DNA of 64,000 bases from an uncultured Gemmatimonadaceae bacterium (GTDB lineage: Bacteria; Gemmatimonadota; Gemmatimonadetes; Gemmatimonadales; Gemmatimonadaceae): NCBI GenBank assembly GCA_963740355.1, contig CAVUDW010000003.1:2144001-2208000 (forward strand), in the 5' to 3' direction. Under the pieces are notes generated by a model. The model was not told where the DNA came from. It made no database searches and saw only the letters and a program-made list of their open reading frames with translations. The translations under genes were made by a program, and so were the position numbers. Of this stretch, positions 56,781-64,000 are shown piece after piece; positions within the stretch are counted from its first letter, which is position 1, and each line of letters opens with the position of its first letter.

Positions 56781-58373
56781 TCACGGCACCACGCCCGGCG
56801 CAACCGCTGGATACTTGATCCCCAACTGCTCGAGATAGGTGCTGAACTTCGCCGGGTCGTAGTAGAACGGCCGCATCGCTTCACGATAGCGCGCCATCTT
56901 TTCCGCGTTGAGCCAGATGGCCGGCTGGTCACTGGCGGCCATCAGCGGGCGATACTTGATCGTCTTCGTCTGCACATTGACGAAGTAGTCCTTCGCGTCA
57001 CGGATCAGCGCCGGCTGCATCATCAGGTCGAGCAGCGTCATCGCCTGCACCTTCGCACCCGCCACCACGCCCTTGTGTGCAATCGGTGTCGCCATCGCGA
57101 TGCCGTCAACCCAGTTGTGACCGGGTGTGCCCGGGATGTTGCTCGGATAGTAGAGCGTCACCGATGGGACGGTCCACGTCACGTCGCCGATGTCATCACT
57201 CCCAGTGCCGCCGCTCGGCGTTTCTGCCGGCGATCGCAGCGGGGCCACTTTCGTCACCAGCCCGCTGTCCGGCTGCTGCATCAGGCGCTGCACCGACTTC
57301 GCCATGGCCTGGTCATCGGCACTCCACGCCGGCATACCGACGCGGAGCGCATTGCGATGCATCGCCGCTGCGATCGGCTTGTTGAAGTGCGGACGCCACG
57401 CGGAACCAATGACCTGCACCGTATCCAGCTTGGTGAACGTGGCGGCGGCCGAGGCTCGCGCGATCACCTTCGCATCCTCGAACATCTTCGTCACGCGTTC
57501 GACGTCGCGCTCGCGGAAGAAGAACCAGATCGCAGCGGTCGCCGGCACCACGTTCGGCTGGTCGCCGCCGTCGGTGATCACATAGTGGGAGCGCGTCGCC
57601 AGTTCCATGTGCTCGCGGTGATACTCCCACGCGTTCGCCATCGCCATCACGGCATCGAGCGCGCTCTTGCCACGCCACGGCGCACCAGCCGCGTGCGACG
57701 CGGTCCCGGTGAACTTGAACTGCGCGGAGATCAACGCCAGCGCGGACTCGTCACCCCACGCGATGCCGAACTCGTCACTCACATGCGCGAACAGATTTGC
57801 ATCGACGTTGTTGAACACGCCGGCGCGCACGAGGTACGCCTTGCTCGCCAACTGCTCTTCAGCCACGCCCGGCCAGAGCACGATGGTGCCTGACATGTGC
57901 TCGCGCGTCATGATGTCCTTCACCGCCAGCGCCGCGATGATGTTCAGTGGCACGCCGCTGTTGTGGCCCTCTCCGTGTCCAGGCGCACCGGCAACCATCG
58001 GCGTGCGGCCAGCGGAGCCGGGATACTGGTTCGCCTGCGGAATACCGTCGATGTCGGAACCGAGCGCGATGACCGGTGAGCCGCTGCCCCACTTTGCCAC
58101 CCACGCGGTCGGCATGCCCGCGACACCACGTTCCACCGTGAAGCCGTTCTGCTCGAGCACTCCCGTGAGGTACTTCGACGTCTCGACTTCCTGCATGCCG
58201 AGTTCACCGAACGAGAACACCTGATCGACCATCTGCTGCGCCATCTTCGCGCGACCATCGATTGCGCGGGCCAACTCGGCCTTCAATGCCTCGATGCGGG
58301 CGTCAGGCTTCTGCGCGCCAAGGAGGGCTGGGACGACAGCACCAACGGCGAGGAGACGACGAAGGATGTGCAT
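56781..58373 (-). CDS. M20 amidohydrolase (AbgB-like), secreted
   Basis: ELGMQEVETS, GHGEGHN, GVAEE, SHAAGAPWRGKSALDA, GGDQPNVVP, GSDDIGDV. Confidence 0.9.
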   Translation of the reverse strand: MHILRRLLAVGAVVPALLGAQKPDARIEALKAELARAIDGRAKMAQQMVDQVFSFGELGMQEVETSKYLTGVLEQNGFTVERGVAGMPTAWVAKWGSGSPVIALGSDIDGIPQANQYPGSAGRTPMVAGAPGHGEGHNSGVPLNIIAALAVKDIMTREHMSGTIVLWPGVAEEQLASKAYLVRAGVFNNVDANLFAHVSDEFGIAWGDESALALISAQFKFTGTASHAAGAPWRGKSALDAVMAMANAWEYHREHMELATRSHYVITDGGDQPNVVPATAAIWFFFRERDVERVTKMFEDAKVIARASAAATFTKLDTVQVIGSAWRPHFNKPIAAAMHRNALRVGMPAWSADDQAMAKSVQRLMQQPDSGLVTKVAPLRSPAETPSGGTGSDDIGDVTWTVPSVTLYYPSNIPGTPGHNWVDGIAMATPIAHKGVVAGAKVQAMTLLDLMMQPALIRDAKDYFVNVQTKTIKYRPLMAASDQPAIWLNAEKMARYREAMRPFYYDPAKFSTYLEQLGIKYPAVAPGVVP

Positions 58374-58593
58374 CACGATTCCGCGTTCAGGTGGGCAGGC
58401 ACAGCGTCGATCCGGGCGACGGATGGCGCAAAGTCAGGGTACCGCTCGCCATCCGGCCCGGCAACCCTCGTCCCGGGACAGAGCCAGCCGATATGGGTCA
58501 AGCTGCTCATGTGCAGCGCGGCTGCGGAACCGATCATAGGTTCGACTCCACTGATGGGAGTCAGGAATTCCTCCCTCTCTGGAGCTCGTCACG

Positions 58594-59556
58594 ATGTCTG
58601 ACCGAAAGATCATTGCTGTCGTTGGTGCGACCGGCGCACAGGGCGGCGGACTGGCCCGCGCCATCCTTGCCGACCCAGCCGCCGGCTTTTCGGTGCGTGC
58701 CCTCACACGCGACCCGTCATCCGCGGAGGCACGTGCGCTCGCAGCGGCAGGCGCCGAGGTGGTGCAGGCGGACATCGATGACCAGGCCAGTCTCACCGCC
58801 GCACTCGAGGGCGTGCACGGGGCCTACTTCGCCACCTTCTTCTGGGCCCACCTCTCGCCGGCGACCGAGAAGGAGGAAGCGCGGAACATGGCGACGGCGG
58901 CGCGTGACGCCGGTGTGCACCATGTGATCTGGTCGACCTTCGAGGACACCCGTCACTGGGTCCCGCTCCACGACACACGCATGCCGACCCGACTGGGCCA
59001 CTACAAGGCTGCCGCGATCGATGCCAAGGGTGAATCGGACCAGGTGTTCCGTGAACTCGGCGTGCCGACGACCTTCCTCCGCACGTCGTTCCACTGGGAG
59101 AACCTGATTCATTTCGGCATGAATCCGCGTCTCGGTTTTGACGGGAATCTTGTCCTCACGCTGCCGATGGGCGACGCGCGCCTGGCCGGCATTGCCGCCG
59201 AAGACATCGGCCGATGTGCGTTCGGCATCTTCAAGGCGGGGAGCCAGTATGTCGGTCAATACGTCGGCATCGCCGGCGAGCAGCTGACCGTGAGCGAGAT
59301 GGCTGCGAAGTTGAGCGATGCACTGGGCTACAAGGTCGTCTATCGCGCAATCTGTCCCGAGGTCTACCGCGCCATTGGACTGCCGGCGTCCGACGATTGG
59401 AGCAGCGTTTTCCGCTTCATGCGCGACTTCGAGCACGACGTGTGCGCGGCCCGCAGTGTCGAACTCTCGCGCCAGCTCAACCCATCGTTGCAATCGTTCG
59501 ACGACTGGCTGGCGTTGAACGTCAAGCAAATCCCGATCAACGTCGTCGCGTACTGA
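58594..59556 (+). CDS. NmrA/HSCARG family NAD(P)-binding protein
   Basis: VVGATGAQGG, VRALTRDPSS, HVIWST.ED, GIAAEDIG. Confidence 0.9.
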   Translation: MSDRKIIAVVGATGAQGGGLARAILADPAAGFSVRALTRDPSSAEARALAAAGAEVVQADIDDQASLTAALEGVHGAYFATFFWAHLSPATEKEEARNMATAARDAGVHHVIWSTFEDTRHWVPLHDTRMPTRLGHYKAAAIDAKGESDQVFRELGVPTTFLRTSFHWENLIHFGMNPRLGFDGNLVLTLPMGDARLAGIAAEDIGRCAFGIFKAGSQYVGQYVGIAGEQLTVSEMAAKLSDALGYKVVYRAICPEVYRAIGLPASDDWSSVFRFMRDFEHDVCAARSVELSRQLNPSLQSFDDWLALNVKQIPINVVAY

Positions 59557-59669
59557 TCGATCGCACCACCCAGCGCGGCTGCTACATTCGGCCCGTCCGT
59601 CTACCGCATTGCTGCGCGAGCGCGCATTGTGGGCCTGTCCGAACGTGACTCGGCCCTCTGTTGACGCTC

Positions 59670-62384
59670 ATGAAGATTTCACCGGTGGTCCCCACTGCAC
59701 TGGTTACGCTGGTTGCACTCCTTGCTGCCGCCGCAGCGCCCGCCAGCGCTCAGCTGGCAGCGCCGCCGGCGGCACCGACGACGATTCCGTTCTTTTCCCT
59801 TGGTGATTCGCCGCTGGCGCTGAAAGGCCCGGTCCGCACCGGTCAGTTCATCTCGGCCGTCGGACGCCGCGCGATTGCCATGGGAACGGAGGAAGGGCGC
59901 CTCGAGCTCTGGTCGTGGCCGATCAAGTGGTTGCACGACTTCGAGCTGTCGTTCCGCGTGCCGAAGTACACCGAGCCGATCGCGGGCCACACCATCGCCA
60001 CGTCGGTCACCGAGCGGCCAGAAGGGGTGACGATCGAATACGCGTACGAGCAATTCACCGTCAAGCAGCACATCTTCGTCCCGCTCGACAAGCCTGCGGT
60101 CGTGATGTTGCTCGAAGTCGACGCGATCCGTCCGCTCGACATCATCGCGCGATTTACGCCGGATATTCACTTCATGTGGCCGGCTGGATTGGGCGGGCAG
60201 TACCTGGTGTGGAACCAGTCGGCGAAGGCCTTCCTGTTTTCGGAGTCGAAGCGCACCATCAACGCCTTCCTCGGCTCACCCGCCGTTACCGAAGCCTCCG
60301 ACGTTCCCGCGCACATGCTCGCCGCCGCGCCACCACAGCTGGTGCTTGGTGTGGGGAGCGGTACGGAGCGCTATACGGCGCCACGCCTCGGCGAGCCGCC
60401 AGGCCGCGACATCAACGCGCATGTCGCCTACATCCCGATCGTGCTCGCGGGCGGCCAGATGTCGCGAGACTCGGCGCTGGCATTGTACCGATCACTGATC
60501 GCGCCGGGTGCCGCCGAGCGAGAGTGGAAGCAGCGAGTGGCGCATGCGGATTCACTGCGGTCCACGATGTTGTCGCTGCATTCTCCCGACTCCCTGCTCG
60601 ATCGCGCCGTGGAGTATGCGAAGATCAACCTCGATGAATCGATGGTCTGCAACCCCGATGCCGGCTGCGGCCTGATCGCGGGCTACGGCTTGTCAGGCAG
60701 CGCCAGTGATCGTCCCGGGTTCGGCTGGTTTTTCGGCGGTGACGCCTCGATCAATTCATTCGCGATGACGGGCGCGGGCCAGGGCGCGTTGGTGCGCGAT
60801 GGCGCGCTGCGATTCTTCGCCAGGTACCAGCGGGCCGACGGCAAGATCACCCACGAGATCTCGCAGAGCGTCGGGCACGTCGACTGGTTCAGCTATCCGT
60901 ACGCCTTCTACCACGGCGACACGAGCCCGTTCTGGATCCTGGCGTTCAGTGAATACTGGCGCCAAACCGGCGACGCCGCGTTGCTGAAGGAATTGTGGCC
61001 GAACCTCAAGAAGGCGTACCAGTGGTCAGCTGCCACCGACAAGAACGGCGACGGCTTGATGGAGAACCCGTCGGCGGGTGCGGGGGCGCTGGAACTGGGC
61101 GACCTGCAGGTCGGCATTCTGTCGGACATCTACATGAGTGGCGTCTGGGTGGCGGCACTCGATCGTGTGGCGCGCATGGCTGAGGCGATGAACGAGCCGA
61201 TGATCGCCACCCAGGCGCGCCAGATTCGCACGAAGGCGCAAGCCACCATCGAGGCCAGGTTCTGGATGCCATCGCTCGGGCAATACGCCTTCGCGCTCCT
61301 CGAAGATGGCAGCGTGAATCCGAATGTCACCGCATGGGCTGCCACCGCGATGGCCTTTGGTGTGCTAGACCAGACCCGTGGTGCCTCGATGGCGGCCAAG
61401 CTGGCGTCGTCGAACATCCTCACCGACTGGGGCGCGCGTCCGCTCAGCTCAGCCAGCACGCAATTCGATCCGCTGCACTACAACAACGGCGCTGTCTGGC
61501 CGTTCGTGACCGGGTTCGTGTCGTTGGCACAGTACGCGTACCACAATCCAAACGCCGGCAAGTTCGCCCTCGATGCAATCGCGCGCACTGGTTTCGACTT
61601 TTCGCGCGGTCGCAACCCGGAGGTGATTTCCGGTCGATTGTACAAACCGCTCGACACGGCGGTCCCGCAGCAGTTCTTCGCCACATCGATGGTCTTGACG
61701 CCATTGATCCGCGGCCTGCTCGGCATCGACGTCGACGCGCCACGCCGGAAGCTGGTGATTGCGCCGCACCTCCCGGCGGGCTGGGACTCCGTGGCGGTGG
61801 ACAATGTGCCTGTTGGCCCGGAACGCGTCTCGTTCGTGATCCGACGTACCAGCGCGGCCATGACGCTCTCAGTGACCCGACAGGGCGCTGGCCAGACTCC
61901 GATCGACGTCGAGTTTTCACCGGCCTTGCCGCTTGGGGCTAGCAGCAGCGTGGCAGCGTCCGACCAGAAGCACACTCCAGGTGATGTACACGCCACGGCG
62001 CGGCTCAAGCTGACCGATCGCGGCGAGGTCAGCGTCGCCGTTGATGGCGGCTGGAGCATCGCCCCGCCGCCAATGGTGCCGGCCGTCGGTGCGCGCTCCA
62101 CGGCACCACGTGTCGTCAGCGAGCGCCTCGACGATGCGACAGGAGCACCGTATCAGGTCACACTCGAAGGCCTGGCCGGACGCAGCTACATCTTTCGGCT
62201 CACGCCACCGTCACGGAATGCCACCACGGTGGTCGAAGCGCGCGCTTCGAACGGTGCCGCGGCACTGGTTGCGACGCTGGGCAATAGCGTAACACGGTCG
62301 GTCACGATCACATTCCCGGTCGCGGGCGCAACGGCCGACGGCTACACGTCCACGCTGGTCTCGTTCACGCAGGCACATCCATGA
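59670..62384 (+). CDS. Secreted (alpha/alpha)6-barrel glycoside hydrolase (glycogen-debranching/amylo-1,6-glucosidase-like)
   Basis: Signal peptide; RPGFGWFFGGD, GKITHEIS, DKNGDGLMEN, YNNGAVWPF, PEVISG. Confidence 0.75.
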   Translation: MKISPVVPTALVTLVALLAAAAAPASAQLAAPPAAPTTIPFFSLGDSPLALKGPVRTGQFISAVGRRAIAMGTEEGRLELWSWPIKWLHDFELSFRVPKYTEPIAGHTIATSVTERPEGVTIEYAYEQFTVKQHIFVPLDKPAVVMLLEVDAIRPLDIIARFTPDIHFMWPAGLGGQYLVWNQSAKAFLFSESKRTINAFLGSPAVTEASDVPAHMLAAAPPQLVLGVGSGTERYTAPRLGEPPGRDINAHVAYIPIVLAGGQMSRDSALALYRSLIAPGAAEREWKQRVAHADSLRSTMLSLHSPDSLLDRAVEYAKINLDESMVCNPDAGCGLIAGYGLSGSASDRPGFGWFFGGDASINSFAMTGAGQGALVRDGALRFFARYQRADGKITHEISQSVGHVDWFSYPYAFYHGDTSPFWILAFSEYWRQTGDAALLKELWPNLKKAYQWSAATDKNGDGLMENPSAGAGALELGDLQVGILSDIYMSGVWVAALDRVARMAEAMNEPMIATQARQIRTKAQATIEARFWMPSLGQYAFALLEDGSVNPNVTAWAATAMAFGVLDQTRGASMAAKLASSNILTDWGARPLSSASTQFDPLHYNNGAVWPFVTGFVSLAQYAYHNPNAGKFALDAIARTGFDFSRGRNPEVISGRLYKPLDTAVPQQFFATSMVLTPLIRGLLGIDVDAPRRKLVIAPHLPAGWDSVAVDNVPVGPERVSFVIRRTSAAMTLSVTRQGAGQTPIDVEFSPALPLGASSSVAASDQKHTPGDVHATARLKLTDRGEVSVAVDGGWSIAPPPMVPAVGARSTAPRVVSERLDDATGAPYQVTLEGLAGRSYIFRLTPPSRNATTVVEARASNGAAALVATLGNSVTRSVTITFPVAGATADGYTSTLVSFTQAHP

Positions 62385-63565
62385 CTCGTCGCTCCATCTC
62401 GCGCCTCGCTGGCGTCACTGCCAGCGCCATCGTTCTCCTCACCCAGCAAGCCTGCATGTCCGGTGACAAGACGCCGCAGCCCGGCACGCCGAAGGCACGA
62501 TTCGCGAAGGCCCCGTTCGGCAAGTTGCCGTCGGGCCAGCCGGTCAGCATCTACACCCTGACGAACGGTCATGGCGTCGAACTGCGAGCGATGGACTACG
62601 GCGGGATCATCACATCGCTGCGCACGCCCGACCGCAACGATGCACTCGCTGACATCGTGCTTGGCTACGACAGTCTCGACGGCTACCTGAAGTCGACGCC
62701 GTACTTCGGCGCCATCGTCGGTCGGTACGCCAACCGGATCGCCAAGGGACAGTTCACGCTCGACGGTGCGACGTACAAGCTGGCTGTGAACAATGGGGCG
62801 AACGCATTGCACGGCGGCCTGGTCGGTTTCGACAAGGTGATGTGGCGCGGCGAGCCGTGGGATAGCGCCGGCAAGGTCGGCGTCGTCTTCACGTACACCA
62901 GCAAGGATGGCGAGGAAGGCTACCCTGGCACCGTGAAAGTGCGCGTGGCGTACACGCTGACCGACGACAATGAGTTTGCGGTCGACTACAGCGCCACCAG
63001 CGACAAGGCGACGCCGATCAACCTCAGTCAGCACACGTACTTCAACCTCGCCGGCGAAGGCAGCGGCAACATCCTCGGCCACAAGATCGCGATCGACGCC
63101 GACACCATCACGCCGGTGGACAGCACGTTGATCCCGACGGGCGTGAAGCAGTCGGTCGCGGGTACGCCATTCGACTTGCGCAAGCCGACCGCGATCGGCG
63201 CTCACATCGGCGAACCCGACGCACAGCTGAAGATCGCTGGCGGGTATGACCACAATTTCGTGTTGACCCGCAGCGGCGACGGCATGTCGCACGCCGCACG
63301 AGTCGTTGACCCGGTGAGCGGTCGCACACTCGATGTCGCCACGACTGAGCCAGGCATCCAGTTCTACACCGGCAACTTTCTCGATGGTACGATCACAGGC
63401 AAGAGCGGCCACGTCTATCAGCACCGCACCGGCTTCTGCCTCGAGACGCAGCATTTCCCCGACTCACCAAATCAGCCAAAGTTCCCATCGACGATCCTGC
63501 GGCCGGGTGCTGAGTATCGCTCGCGCACCGTCTTTACCTTTGGCGTCGTGAAGACGAACGAATAG
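62381..63565 (+). CDS. galM: Aldose 1-epimerase (mutarotase) with export signal
   Basis: GRYANRI, LHGG..GFDK, EEGYPG, NLSQHTYFNL, GYDHNF, QFYTGNFLDG, CLETQHFPDSPN. Confidence 0.94.
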   Translation: MTRRSISRLAGVTASAIVLLTQQACMSGDKTPQPGTPKARFAKAPFGKLPSGQPVSIYTLTNGHGVELRAMDYGGIITSLRTPDRNDALADIVLGYDSLDGYLKSTPYFGAIVGRYANRIAKGQFTLDGATYKLAVNNGANALHGGLVGFDKVMWRGEPWDSAGKVGVVFTYTSKDGEEGYPGTVKVRVAYTLTDDNEFAVDYSATSDKATPINLSQHTYFNLAGEGSGNILGHKIAIDADTITPVDSTLIPTGVKQSVAGTPFDLRKPTAIGAHIGEPDAQLKIAGGYDHNFVLTRSGDGMSHAARVVDPVSGRTLDVATTEPGIQFYTGNFLDGTITGKSGHVYQHRTGFCLETQHFPDSPNQPKFPSTILRPGAEYRSRTVFTFGVVKTNE

Positions 63566-63663
63566 AGCTGTCAAGCCGGCAGCAACTGCAACTGCTCATC
63601 GCAAGCGCGCCTGCGTGGGGCAGATGCAGTTGTGTGCTCGAGCGATCGATGCCCGATGGTGGA

Positions 63664-64000
63664 TCAGTGCTCGACCGTGCCCGCGACATACACCGGTTCG
63701 ATGTTCTCGAAGTAGAGGCCGAGGAACCGTCCTCGCGGCAACGTGGACAGCTCGAGCACGAATTGGTGGTACCGATCGGGCGCGAGTGACGAGATGTCGG
63801 CGTAGAACCCGGTGAACGTGCTGCGCTCCGTCTGGATCGATGTGTAGGCCTTCCTGAACTCCACTGGCTGGCCATCGATAGTGAGACGCGCGGTCATGCT
63901 GTCGTTCGCGCTCACGATGGGCGCCCACAACAATAGCCGTTCAGGCGCGAGCCAGGAAGTTTGCGAATCCACTGCTGTCCATGAAATCGGCCAGGCCGCG
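63664..64000 (-). CDS. C-terminal fragment of an uncharacterised protein entering from the window edge
   Basis: Frame open from the edge: AAWPISWTAVDSQTSWLAPERLLL...GFYADIS...GLYFENIEP. Confidence 0.7.
   Translation of the reverse strand, partial: AAWPISWTAVDSQTSWLAPERLLLWAPIVSANDSMTARLTIDGQPVEFRKAYTSIQTERSTFTGFYADISSLAPDRYHQFVLELSTLPRGRFLGLYFENIEPVYVAGTVEH

Noticed and set aside
58539..58550. GGTTCGACTCC resembling a tRNA T-loop
   Set aside because: The T-stem does not pair beyond 2 bp; no acceptor or anticodon arms.
1..64000. Prophage, IS, integron, defence island or biosynthetic gene cluster
   Set aside because: No integrase, transposase, nuclease, RT, NRPS/PKS or RiPP maturase motifs recognised; composition looks uniform by eye.

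Overview
High-GC bacterial chromosomal segment of about 50 genes. The gene content (many Tat/Sec-exported enzymes, DUF1080, ScyD/E, a kinase-associated-type ECF) suggests Gemmatimonadota or a similar soil/sediment lineage (inference). It is dominated by exported glycoside- and peptide-scavenging enzymes (DUF1080 with Gfo/Idh/MocA, GH130, GH127, unclassified GH-like proteins, GalM, M1/M20/M28/DmpA peptidases, D-aminoacylase), transporters (MgtA, CAX, VIT1, RbsACB-like, EamA) and three regulators (two ECF sigma factors, one ATPase-LuxR). No rRNA, tRNA, CRISPR array, integrase or transposase was found. The most interesting signals are four. (1) An ECF sigma of the Ser/Thr-kinase-associated type has no adjacent kinase; it is followed by an 80-aa protein resembling only a kinase N-terminal helical segment, and two TGTCG-N18-CGATC promoter-like motifs define a mini-regulon. 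(2) Two copies of a 300-330 bp non-coding element with ~90-bp terminal inverted repeats built from 8/17-nt periodic units. (3) A SigG-like ECF with matching CGATGA-N18-GTC promoters before itself and before a glyoxalase gene. (4) Three +1 frameshifts (two in GH127, one in an aldo/keto reductase) that are either pseudogenisation or assembly errors. All product calls come from motif recognition by eye, not from database searches.
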